DNA of 64,000 nt from Spirochaetia bacterium (lineage in GTDB: Bacteria > Spirochaetota > Spirochaetia > CADAEX01). The notes under the pieces are model-generated. The model ran no database searches and had not been told where the DNA came from. It saw nothing but the letters and a program-made list of their open reading frames with translations. This document shows positions 40,967 to 50,198 of this stretch, one piece after another. The stretch's first letter is position 1. Each line of letters starts with the position of its first letter. Location of the stretch: NCBI GenBank assembly GCA_963662795.1, contig OY759746.1:2592001-2656000 (forward strand). Direction: 5' to 3'. Position numbers and translations under genes: made by a program.

Positions 40967-41353
40967 CTATTTTTCACAGATCGCAACAGCCTGGATTTCA
41001 ACACACGCGCCCATTGCAAGGCTGCCTACTTCTACAGTTGCCCGGGACGGGAAGCTGTCTGAAAAATAACTGCTGTAAATTTTATTCATTTTTTCGAAAT
41101 CCTGCATCCTCGTAATATATACTGTTGCAGAGACAATCCGGTCCAGTGAAGAACCGGCCTGTTCGCAGATGGATTTCAGATTTTCGAAGGTCTGAACTGT
41201 CTCGTTCTCAATTCCCCCCTCAACCAGTTTTCCTGTTTCAGGGTCAAGGGGAAGAATTCCTGAGGTGAATAGAAATTCTCCCGCTTTAACAGCCTGTGAG
41301 TAGGGGCCTATTGCAGCGGGGGCTTTCTTTGAATTTATAATTTCTCTGGTCAA
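40967..41353 (-). CDS. ridA: RidA/YjgF-family enamine deaminase
   Basis: APAAIGPYSQA, FPSRATVEV, VEIQAVA. Start placed at TTG 41353. Confidence 0.88.
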   Translation of the reverse strand: MTREIINSKKAPAAIGPYSQAVKAGEFLFTSGILPLDPETGKLVEGGIENETVQTFENLKSICEQAGSSLDRIVSATVYITRMQDFEKMNKIYSSYFSDSFPSRATVEVGSLAMGACVEIQAVAICEK

Positions 41354-41379
41354 AACTTTTTCCTGTAAACACATTTTTT

Positions 41380-42711
41380 TTACATTGTGCTCGGCAGCCA
41401 CATGACAATCTGAGGAAACGCTATCATTAATCCAAGTTCAACAATAATGATAAATACATAAGGAACCATGCCCCGTATTATATCGCTTGTCTCAATGCCC
41501 AGTTCAGGCGGTGCCGCCCCTTTGAGGAAAAACATGGCATAAGCAAAGGGAGGTGTGAGAAATGACATCTGAAGATTGACAATTACCATCATGGCAAACC
41601 ATAACGGGTCAAATCCGAGTTTAGGTATAATGGGCGCGAGTATCGGGACCATTACAAATATAATTCCGATCCAGTCAATAAATGCGCCTAATATAAAACA
41701 GATCACCATAATCATTGTAAACACGGCCCAGTTTCCGCCGGGAAAATTAAGGATAAATGATTCAACTACTTTTCCGCAGCCTGCGCTTAAAAATACACTT
41801 ACAAACGCTGTTGAGCAGCTGGCAATGAGCAGAACCATACCGGTTAGCTTTATTGTGGAAAGTGATACATCTTTCAGAACTTTCCATGAAAATTGTTTAT
41901 ACGCAATTGTAAGAATGGTTGATACCAGAGCCCCTACTGCAGCAGCTTCTGTCGGGGCTGCTATACCGAAGTAGATAGCTCCAAGAACAGAGAAAATAAG
42001 GATTGCGGCAGGAACAACTGTCTGGACAACAAGTATTGTCTTTTTGGCAAAAGTAACATTCCTCTCTTCTTTTGGAATTGCCGGTGCAAGATGAGGCTGA
42101 AAATGGCATCTTACTGCTATATAGATAATGTAAAGCCCTGAAAGCATAAGGCCAGGGACAAAAGCTGCCATAAAAAGCTTGCCGACAGAAATTTGCGCTA
42201 CCGGGCCATAAACTATTAGCATTATGCTGGGGGGAATCAGAATCCCGAGTGAACCTCCTGCGCAGATTGCTCCGGTCGCAATACCCTTGTCATATTTTCT
42301 TTCAACCATTGCGGGTAGCGCGACAAGAGTGAGCATTGTAATTGAAGCTGCGATAATACCCACACTGGCCGCCATGATTGTTCCTATTACGATACTTACT
42401 ATTGCAAGGCCGCCCCTGAAACCGCCAAACCAGAGGTAAAGGGCGTCGTACATTTTCTTTGCAATGCCTGATTTTTCAAGCATGTTACCCATAAAAACAA
42501 AGAGCGGTACTGCCATCAGACCGTAGTCAGTTACTATCGCGTATACACGGCCATAGATAAGGTCGAAGGAATTAGGCCCAAAAAGCATAAGCCCTGTAAT
42601 AATTCCGACACCGCCTATTGGAAATGCCAATGGAAAGCCGGAAATTACTCCTACAAAAAGGGCTGCAAACATTCCTATTGTAATTACTTCAGGTGACAAA
42701 AAATTAAACAT
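41380..42711 (-). CDS. dctM: TRAP transporter large permease
   Basis: AVPLFVFMG, GILIPPSI, PTEAAAVG, LTPPF. Confidence 0.93.
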   Translation of the reverse strand: MFNFLSPEVITIGMFAALFVGVISGFPLAFPIGGVGIITGLMLFGPNSFDLIYGRVYAIVTDYGLMAVPLFVFMGNMLEKSGIAKKMYDALYLWFGGFRGGLAIVSIVIGTIMAASVGIIAASITMLTLVALPAMVERKYDKGIATGAICAGGSLGILIPPSIMLIVYGPVAQISVGKLFMAAFVPGLMLSGLYIIYIAVRCHFQPHLAPAIPKEERNVTFAKKTILVVQTVVPAAILIFSVLGAIYFGIAAPTEAAAVGALVSTILTIAYKQFSWKVLKDVSLSTIKLTGMVLLIASCSTAFVSVFLSAGCGKVVESFILNFPGGNWAVFTMIMVICFILGAFIDWIGIIFVMVPILAPIIPKLGFDPLWFAMMVIVNLQMSFLTPPFAYAMFFLKGAAPPELGIETSDIIRGMVPYVFIIIVELGLMIAFPQIVMWLPSTM

Positions 42712-43255
42712 TCTTGAGCTCCTTTTTATAGATAAGGTAATAAAGATCTTCAATAAACTGCGCAATGCACTGAAGAGCAAAAAAGCAGAATCCAATTACC
42801 ATTAAGGTTCTGAAAGGAGCTGCCGGAGGAAGCCAGCTGCTGTCAATCATTTTTTCACCTGTTTTCCATGCCCTCAGTGCCCATTTTGAACCTGTAAAAA
42901 TCAATACATACACAAGGGGGAATAGAAAAATTACTGAAAGAATTACATCTATAAATGCCTGTATTCTTCTGGAAAGCATTCCATATACCACATCTACCCT
43001 TACATGTCCGCCAAGCTTGTGGGTATAACCCCATCCCAGTGTCCCTATTGAACCCAAAAGCATTTTTGAAGTTTCAAGCGCCCAGACTGTTGGTGAATCA
43101 AAGACATATCTTGCTGTAACTTCAATAAAAAGTACCATTACCAGAGCCATAACAAGAAATTTGACAAACTGTCCTGTCCCTTCACTTAAAGCGTTGATGC
43201 CTGATACCAATTTCTTCACAGGCGTCCAATTTTCACCAATAAACATTTTTCCCAT
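42704..43255 (-). CDS. dctQ: TRAP transporter small permease
   Basis: ARYVFDSPTVWALE, GHVRVD, four TM helices. Confidence 0.92.
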   Translation of the reverse strand: MGKMFIGENWTPVKKLVSGINALSEGTGQFVKFLVMALVMVLFIEVTARYVFDSPTVWALETSKMLLGSIGTLGWGYTHKLGGHVRVDVVYGMLSRRIQAFIDVILSVIFLFPLVYVLIFTGSKWALRAWKTGEKMIDSSWLPPAAPFRTLMVIGFCFFALQCIAQFIEDLYYLIYKKELKNV

Positions 43256-43273
43256 AAATTACTCCTGTAATTA

Positions 43274-43328
43274 AAAAGCCCGTTTCCCACCCTGCTTTAC
43301 TGTAAGGCAGGGTGAAGACAACGGACTG
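43274..43328 (-). other. Long stem-loop between dctP and dctQ (likely mRNA stabiliser or partial terminator)
   Basis: Core CACCCTGCTTTAC-t-GTAAGGCAGGGTG with outer GCCCGTT/AACGGAC pairing. Confidence 0.6.
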
Positions 43329-43335
43329 TTGTGTA

Positions 43336-44409
43336 TTATTTTACGTCAAACTGTTCACAGATTTTTTTCCAAGCCATGGCTTTTTTATAGATATCAGCAT
43401 ATACAGGATCTTTCTGGGACTCTTCAGCAAAATATTCGTTTGCCTTTTCATAGAGCAGATTTATGACATCCTGGGGAACTTTTTCGACGACAGTTCCGTA
43501 TTCTCTGAACTTTTCAACAGCGCCGGCATCCTTTGCGATTGATGACTGATAGTATTCCCTTGCAATCTGATCTGTGGCAAGTTTTACAATCTCTTTAAGG
43601 TCAGCAGGAAGTTTGCTGTATACATCGCTGTTTACATAGATACACTGTGTGTCGCAGGGAGCCCTTGACGGGTCAAGATACATGTATTTTGCCACTTCAT
43701 GGAATCCCATGCCCCAGTTGAGTGACGGATTGATGTATTCAAGTGCATCAATTACCCCGCGCTGTACAGATTCATATATCTCGCCGCCGGGAAGGAATAC
43801 AGGGGTAGCGCCCATTTTCTGGAAAATTGCATTAAGAGCAGTTGTTCCAAGTCTTATTTTAAGACCCTTGATATCTTTAACAGATTTGATCTGTCTGTTC
43901 GACTGGCACCAAACCTCAGCAGGGCTTAACGTTAAAATACCAATATACTCAACTCCGAGGTCTGCATAGATTTTTTTCGCAATCCCTGTTCCTTCATAAT
44001 TCATCCACATTTCAAGCTGGTTAGCTGTAAGACCGCCTGGATACTGTGTAAAAAATACTGCAGCCGGAACATATCCGATTGTCCAGCCCGGAGGGCCGTG
44101 TATGGCTTCAACAGAACCTGACATAACAGAGTCGAACTCTTTTCCGGCCGGAATGATTGAACCTGCTGTATACGGTGTAATTTCAAGTCTTCCGTCTGAA
44201 GCAGTATTTACAATATCCGCAAATTTCTGCGCAGCTTCATAAGTCGCATCACCTGCAGGCGCCCATGACTGAAGTCTCCACTTGATAACTTCAGCTTTCG
44301 GCGCCGCTGCACTGGTGTCAGCTGCTTTCTGTCCTCCGCATGATACTGCAAGAACCATAAAAATGGCTGCAAGCATCAGCATGACGATCAGCATTCTCCC
44401 TTTTTTCAT
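43336..44409 (-). CDS. dctP: TRAP substrate-binding lipoprotein (TakP/DctP-like)
   Basis: Lipobox AVS|C, KWRLQS, DIKGLKIR, PGGEIYESVQRGVIDALE, GFHEVAKY. Confidence 0.92.
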   Translation of the reverse strand: MKKGRMLIVMLMLAAIFMVLAVSCGGQKAADTSAAAPKAEVIKWRLQSWAPAGDATYEAAQKFADIVNTASDGRLEITPYTAGSIIPAGKEFDSVMSGSVEAIHGPPGWTIGYVPAAVFFTQYPGGLTANQLEMWMNYEGTGIAKKIYADLGVEYIGILTLSPAEVWCQSNRQIKSVKDIKGLKIRLGTTALNAIFQKMGATPVFLPGGEIYESVQRGVIDALEYINPSLNWGMGFHEVAKYMYLDPSRAPCDTQCIYVNSDVYSKLPADLKEIVKLATDQIAREYYQSSIAKDAGAVEKFREYGTVVEKVPQDVINLLYEKANEYFAEESQKDPVYADIYKKAMAWKKICEQFDVK

Positions 44410-44512
44410 TTTTTACTCCTTAAAAAATTTATTGAAAAACAGATCTTGGTCTTAAAATAATTTTAAGACATCCCACAAGAAATTTGTAGAAAAAAATATG
44501 TAGTTATTGATA

Positions 44513-44529
44513 CGCAATAATTGTGCCAA
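44513..44529 (-). promoter_or_regulatory. Sigma54 (-24/-12) promoter of the TRAP-larA operon
   Basis: Minus strand reads TTGGCAC-AATTA-TTGCG, about 105 bp upstream of dctP and divergent from an enhancer-binding protein gene. Confidence 0.85.
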
Positions 44530-44719
44530 CTTAAAAAATTCATTCTGGATTTTCTGCTGATTCAGGCCGGCAGAACAGTATTTACCGGAAAATACTGTTC
44601 TAATTCAGTTAAACTGATGAAAGAAGCTGTTTTTATCTGCCCGGCAGGCAGGTGAAAAAAACATGGCGCAGCTGAATAAAATGGTGTAGAATGAAAAACC
44701 CGGCTGCAGGAAACAAAAA

Positions 44720-44759
44720 ATGCTGTATTTTACAGCATCTGCTGTTGTTTTATACAGCA
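44720..44759. promoter_or_regulatory. Candidate upstream activator sites (two palindromes)
   Basis: ATGCTGTA-ttt-TACAGCAT and TGCTGT-N8-ACAGCA in tandem, about 200 bp from the sigma54 promoter. Confidence 0.55.
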
Positions 44760-44770
44760 ATGGGTAAGGC

Positions 44771-46708
44771 TTGAATATGATAAAAAGTGCGTTTGCAATA
44801 CTTCCCTATAAAGAACTCATCGAAATTACCAGTCAATTTTCATCGGATTACGATCTTGAAGTTATGCCGGACGAGAAAAATGTTGAAAGCGCCATACCTG
44901 CAGCATTGAGTGCCGAGAAAAACGGGGCCAGAGTTATCATAAGCAGGGGCGGAACTGCTGAAATTATAAAAAAACATGTGCATATCCCTGTTGTCGAAAT
45001 CAGGGTCAGCGACCTTGATATTCTTCGTGTGCTTTATCCCTATCACAGTAAGGAGCGGAAAATACTGATCGCCGGTTACCGGAATGCGGTACAGAGGTGC
45101 AGGTCTGTATCGGAAATCCTTGACCTTGACGTTCATGAACTTTTAATCCCTTACGAAAAAGAAGAATATAATATAGAAGATGTTAAAAAAGCGGCAGATT
45201 ATCTTATTAAGCTTCACAAGATAGATACCATTATTGGAGACCAGACCGCTATAGAAAACCTCAAGTCGCTTTGCGAAAACCTGCATCTGATAAGATCGGG
45301 CAGGGATGATGTAATGGAGGCGATTGAAAGAACAGAGAATGCCTTTTACGGCAGGCCCGATGGCGGTAAATACAACAGATATGTTAAAAATGTACTTGAT
45401 ACTGTAAATGACGCGATAATTTCTGCTGACAACGACGGAGTGATCAGGGTTTTTAACAGCAGTGCTGAAAAAATATTCAATCAGCGGCAGAAATCAGTGA
45501 TAGGGCAGAAAATTGAAAGCCTTCTTGAAACCCAGGACTGCTTCGGAAAGCTTAAATCTTCAATATCAGAAGTTCTGCAGTCAGGTTTGTCAAATCATGA
45601 AAAAATAATCAAACCCGCAGGGGGCGATTATCTTATAAACACCAGTCCTGTGATGACAGATGATAAAAATCTTGGTGTTGTTCTTGTGATCCGGGAGCTT
45701 TTAAACAGTTCAGGACAGGAAACCAAAAAATTCAGGAAGCAGCTCCATCAGGGTTTTTCAACCAGATACACGTTTGATGATATTCTGACTGTTGATGAAA
45801 ACTTCATAAAAAAAATCCACTCTGCGCGCGAATATGCCGCTTCCGATGCCTCAATTCTTATAGAGGGGGAAAGCGGTACGGGTAAGGAGTTGTTTGCACA
45901 GAGTATACACTCGGGAAGCAGCCGCTGTAACGCTCCGTTTATAGCGGTAAACTGCGCAGCAATACCTGCCGCCCTGCTTGAAAGCGAGCTTTTCGGCTAT
46001 GTGGACGGTGCTTTTACAGGTGCATCAAGAAAGGGGAAACGGGGACTTTTTGAAATTGCCAATACAGGGACAATCTTTCTTGATGAGATCAGTGAGATCG
46101 ATAAAAGCCTTCAGGTGAAATTTTTAAGGGTACTTGAAGAAAAACAGATAATGAGGATAGGGTCTGATACTTCGATTGATCTTGATGTACGTGTTATTGC
46201 AGCAACCAACTGCGATCTGAAGAAACAGGTAAAGGAAGCCTGTTTCCGTTCTGATCTTTATTACAGACTTAACCTTCTTAACCTCCATCTTCCGCCTCTC
46301 AGACAGCACAGCGATGATATTGAATACCTTGCCGGTCATTTTTACCGTGTTTTTAATGATAAATACGGTCTTAAGGGAGGATTCCTCTCTGAAGAGGTTA
46401 TTGATATTCTTAAGAAATATTCCTGGCCCGGTAATGTCAGGGAACTTAAAAATATTATTGAGAGAATTGTCCTTACTGCCGGCGGCTTAAAACCTGACTC
46501 TTCATTAATCCATCTGATTGCAGAAGATATTTACAATGAGGATTGCACAAAAAATATTTCAGGGAATACGCTGGAAGAAGTCAAGTACAATGCTGTAATA
46601 ACGATGCTCAAAGAAGAAAATTTCAATAAAAGCAGGGCAGCGCAGAGGCTGGGTATTGACCGCTCAACTCTTGACAGATTACTGTCGGGAAAAACAAAGG
46701 ATAGATAA
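44771..46708 (+). CDS. Sigma54 enhancer-binding protein, PrpR-type (PrpR_N, PAS, AAA+, HTH)
   Basis: [61 protein letters not shown]. Confidence 0.92.
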   Translation: MNMIKSAFAILPYKELIEITSQFSSDYDLEVMPDEKNVESAIPAALSAEKNGARVIISRGGTAEIIKKHVHIPVVEIRVSDLDILRVLYPYHSKERKILIAGYRNAVQRCRSVSEILDLDVHELLIPYEKEEYNIEDVKKAADYLIKLHKIDTIIGDQTAIENLKSLCENLHLIRSGRDDVMEAIERTENAFYGRPDGGKYNRYVKNVLDTVNDAIISADNDGVIRVFNSSAEKIFNQRQKSVIGQKIESLLETQDCFGKLKSSISEVLQSGLSNHEKIIKPAGGDYLINTSPVMTDDKNLGVVLVIRELLNSSGQETKKFRKQLHQGFSTRYTFDDILTVDENFIKKIHSAREYAASDASILIEGESGTGKELFAQSIHSGSSRCNAPFIAVNCAAIPAALLESELFGYVDGAFTGASRKGKRGLFEIANTGTIFLDEISEIDKSLQVKFLRVLEEKQIMRIGSDTSIDLDVRVIAATNCDLKKQVKEACFRSDLYYRLNLLNLHLPPLRQHSDDIEYLAGHFYRVFNDKYGLKGGFLSEEVIDILKKYSWPGNVRELKNIIERIVLTAGGLKPDSSLIHLIAEDIYNEDCTKNISGNTLEEVKYNAVITMLKEENFNKSRAAQRLGIDRSTLDRLLSGKTKDR

Positions 46709-47170
46709 GACATCTTCAGGCGGAGCGGCACCTGCGGACCGCTCAACTCTTGACAGATTACTGTCGGGAAAAACAAAGGATAGATAAGACATCTTCAGGC
46801 GGAGCGGCACCTGCGGACCGCTCAACTCTTGACAGATTACTGTCGGGAAAAACAAAGGATAGATAAGACATCTTCAGGCGGAGCGGCACCTGCGGACCGC
46901 TCAACTCTTGACCGGTTACTGACGGGAAAAACAAAGGATAGATAAGACATCTTCGGGCGGAGCGGCACCTGCGGACCGCTCGACACTTGACCGGTTACTG
47001 TCGGGAAAAACAAAGGATAGATAAGACATCTTCGGGCGGAGCGGCACCTGCGGACCGCTCGACTCTTGACAGATTACTGTCGGGAAAAACAAAGGATAGA
47101 TAAGACATCTTCGGGCGGAGCGGCACCTGCGGACCGCTCGACACTTGACCGGTTGCTGACAGGAAAAACC
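46658..47170 (+). repeat. Tandem array of a 79-bp unit: six full copies plus a partial seventh
   Basis: Unit GACCGCTCAACTCTTGACAGATTACTGTCGGGAAAAACAAAGGATAGATAAGACATCTTCAGGCGGAGCGGCACCTGCG starts at 46658, 46737, 46816, 46895, 46974, 47053 and 47132 (partial). Confidence 0.97.
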
Positions 47171-47386
47171 AATAAAGGGGAATGTAAACGGTCATCCTGC
47201 AATGTATGATTATATAAACAACGGATATGAGATAATTACATTGTAAAAGACAGGAAATTGCATTTACAGGGGAAATAATACAGCCCCTGCAGCGGAAACT
47301 GTTGAGTTTTTATTATTCGAACGGAAAGAATGATTACCGTTGAAAAAATAAAAGTATCAGGTAATCAAAAAGGAGAGTTTTTAAAA

Positions 47387-47686
47387 ATGTACACAGCAAC
47401 AATGCGCTATAAATTCAAATCTGAAAATCTTGAAGAAGCATGTATCCTGTGGGAAAAAGAAATTCCCGCCCAGGCAGTGAAACAAAAAGGGTGCGTTAGA
47501 ATGCAGTTTTTAGTGGACCATAAAAAATCCGAAGCCATGGCCATAGGAACCTGGAAAAAACCTGAGTATGCGGCAGCTTTTATGCAAACAGGTGTTTTTA
47601 AAAAACTGCTTGAAAAGATCCGCCCCTGCCTTGTGGAGGACCCGGTGCCCCATGTGTGGGAACTTCGTTTTTTTGAAGAATTCTGA
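47387..47686 (+). CDS. Small ABM/dimeric alpha-beta barrel protein
   Basis: 99 aa, KQKGC, AIGTW..PEYAAAFMQTGVF. SD AGGAG upstream of ATG 47387. Confidence 0.7.
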   Translation: MYTATMRYKFKSENLEEACILWEKEIPAQAVKQKGCVRMQFLVDHKKSEAMAIGTWKKPEYAAAFMQTGVFKKLLEKIRPCLVEDPVPHVWELRFFEEF

Positions 47687-47937
47687 TGTGAAATATTTGT
47701 ATGTTATTTTAAAATGGTAATGAAATAATTCCCCTTCTTACAGCTTTTTACCCTTGATCACTTGTATTGCCGGCGGCCTGCGGTTGCCTTCTTTCCACAT
47801 GAAAAGCAAATAGTCAGTTCTGCAGACAGCATAAATTTATCCGCTTTTGGCTCTTGATATTCTGCAGATGTAATATATAATGATAATTGGGAGTTAATTA
47901 TTAACGCCTGTGAGATATTGAGAGGAGTTATTTTACT

Positions 47938-48861
47938 GTGTATGAAGACAATCCGGCAGTTTCAGGATCTTCGTATCCTAAAGGATCTTCGTATCCTAAA
48001 GGATCTGCTGCTCCGGCAGAAAGCATTCTGACAACGATCAGAACAAGATATCACACCCTTTCAGATGTTCAGAAAAACATTGCTGATTATGTTCTTGCCC
48101 ACAGCAGCGAAGTAATGCTTCATTCCATTTCGGATATAGCTGCAAAGTGCGGTACAAGTGAAACAACAATAATGAGGTTTATAAGGAAACTGGGGTACAA
48201 AAGCTACCAGGTTTTCAGGGTGCAGATTGCGCAGGCGACAGCAGGGGAAAAGAGCCAGACTGTTTTTTCAGAGATAGAATCAGGAGATTCCATAGGCGTT
48301 ACAAAGCAGAAGATAATCTCTTCAACAGTCAATTCAATAAAGGATATGGGGTTTATTGTATCAGACCGCCAGATAGAAGATGCAGTTGGAATGCTGACAG
48401 GAGCCAAAAGGATTATATTTATCGGAGTGGGGGCATCGGCTTTTGTCATGGGAGATATGTATCACAAGTTTGCCAGGCTTGGCTTTAATGCCGTGAAGGA
48501 AAACGATCCCCATATTATGGCAATACTGGGTACCCATACCGGTAAATCGGACTGTCTTGTCTGCATCAGTCATTCAGGTGAAAGCAAGGATATTCTTGAT
48601 GCCTTAAATGCGGCCAGGCAGCGTGGCTGCAGAACCATCGGGATTACAAGTTATGCAAACTCAACCCTTGCTGCAAATACAGATATAACCCTGCTTTCTT
48701 CCAGCAACGAGACAAGATACAGGCCGGATGCGATGGTTTCGAGAATTATCCAGCTTGTAATTGTGGATATTCTTACAATTGCCTGCACTTTCAGGCTCGG
48801 GAAAAAAGGTATTACAGGAATTGAGGAATCGCAGCTGGCCGTAGCCGGTAAAAAAAGGTAA
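47938..48861 (+). CDS. RpiR/MurR-family regulator (HTH + SIS)
   Basis: SETTIMRFIRKLGY, IGVGAS, ISHSGES, ITSYANSTLA. Confidence 0.93.
   Translation: MYEDNPAVSGSSYPKGSSYPKGSAAPAESILTTIRTRYHTLSDVQKNIADYVLAHSSEVMLHSISDIAAKCGTSETTIMRFIRKLGYKSYQVFRVQIAQATAGEKSQTVFSEIESGDSIGVTKQKIISSTVNSIKDMGFIVSDRQIEDAVGMLTGAKRIIFIGVGASAFVMGDMYHKFARLGFNAVKENDPHIMAILGTHTGKSDCLVCISHSGESKDILDALNAARQRGCRTIGITSYANSTLAANTDITLLSSSNETRYRPDAMVSRIIQLVIVDILTIACTFRLGKKGITGIEESQLAVAGKKR
47965..48006 (+). repeat. In-frame 18-bp tandem duplication
   Basis: GGATCTTCGTATCCTAAA twice plus GGATCT, encoding GSSYPK-GSSYPK-GS. Confidence 0.9.
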
Positions 48862-49002
48862 GCAGGAATTTAAAAAATACAGTAAGTCTCAGCCGGCGGA
48901 AAATACCGCAGGTACTGGAATAATATTAACCAAAGTAAACAGCTGCCGTTATATGGTGCCTCTGGTGCCTGGGCAGAAAATATACAGGAGAGAAGAAAAA
49001 TT

Positions 49003-50109
49003 ATGAAACCTATCAAGAAAGCATTGGTATTCGGTGATGCAATGATTCCGAAAACACTTTTTAAGCCGGCGTATGACGAGTTCATGGCGCCCTACGTGGA
49101 AGAAGCAGTTATTGAAAACTGGGAAGAGGACTGGCCGACTCTGCAGAACAGGCGCCTTGAAGTTGAAAAACGGGGCCCGGAAATTGAATCGATTCCGGAG
49201 CCTGTTGCAGTATCAGGCAAAAACGCTGAAATGATAATGGGCCTTTTCGTGCCGATATCAAAGAAGGTGATGGATGTAATGCCTTCCCTGCGCATAGCTG
49301 GTGTCTGCCGGGCAGGGCTTGAAAATGTAAATGTGGAAGAAGCTACAAAGAAAGGAATACTTGTTTTTAACGTACAGGGAAGGAACGCGGAAGCAGTAAG
49401 CGATTTTGCAGTAGGGATGATGATTGCTGAATCAAGAAACATAGCCCGCGCGCACCATGCGATAAAAACCGGAACATGGAGAAAGACTTTTCCCAATTCG
49501 GAATTTGTTCCGCAGCTCAAAGGTAAAACAATAGGTATAATCGGATTCGGTTTTATCGGCAGGCTTGTAGCTAGAAAGCTTTCGGGTTTTAATGTTAACA
49601 TACTTGTCCACGATCCGTATGCTGACCCCGCTTCCATAAAAAAACTCGGGTGCACACCTGCCGACAGGGAAACACTTTTTTCTGATAGTGATTTTATAAC
49701 TATCCATGCGCGTCTTACTGATGAAAACAAGGGTATGGCAGGCGGGAAAGAAATCGGGATGATGAAAAAAACAGCATACCTTATAAATACAGGGCGCGCG
49801 GGACTTGTTAATGAGGGAGCTCTTATTAAAGCGCTTAAGGAAAACAGGATCGCCGGAGCGGCGCTCGATGTTTTTCCGACGGAACCTATACCTGAAACCA
49901 GCGAAATTATGAATCTTGACAATGTTACCCTTACTACACATATAGCCGGAACAACAACAGAGGCGCTGACAAAATCGCCAGGTCTTCTTATGGAAGATAT
50001 TGAGCATTTTCTCAAAGGGGAGGAATACAGATTTATGGTTAACCCGGAAGTGCTTAAAGACAAGGGCTTTTCAGAGTGGTTTAAAACAGTAAAAACACAG
50101 ATTAAATGA
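49003..50109 (+). CDS. D-isomer-specific 2-hydroxyacid dehydrogenase
   Basis: RAGLENV, GRNAEAVSDF, GIIGFGFIG, INTGRAGLV, ALDVFPTEP, THIAG. Confidence 0.92.
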   Translation: MKPIKKALVFGDAMIPKTLFKPAYDEFMAPYVEEAVIENWEEDWPTLQNRRLEVEKRGPEIESIPEPVAVSGKNAEMIMGLFVPISKKVMDVMPSLRIAGVCRAGLENVNVEEATKKGILVFNVQGRNAEAVSDFAVGMMIAESRNIARAHHAIKTGTWRKTFPNSEFVPQLKGKTIGIIGFGFIGRLVARKLSGFNVNILVHDPYADPASIKKLGCTPADRETLFSDSDFITIHARLTDENKGMAGGKEIGMMKKTAYLINTGRAGLVNEGALIKALKENRIAGAALDVFPTEPIPETSEIMNLDNVTLTTHIAGTTTEALTKSPGLLMEDIEHFLKGEEYRFMVNPEVLKDKGFSEWFKTVKTQIK

Positions 50110-50198
50110 AACTGAAAAGGACAGGATCAGGGAAAACTGATTCTGATAAATCCGGTTATTCCGGATTTATATAAGAGTTGAAAAAGAAGGAGGTTCCG

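Noticed and set aside
46658-47170. CRISPR array
   Set aside because: Units are near-identical over their full length, with no unique spacers and no cas genes in the window.
46531-47195. Short minus-strand ORFs within the array
   Set aside because: By-products of the 79-bp periodicity, with no SD or protein-like features.
49092-50063. 323-aa antisense ORF
   Set aside because: Shadow of the dehydrogenase gene with no motifs; long antisense frames are common opposite such genes.
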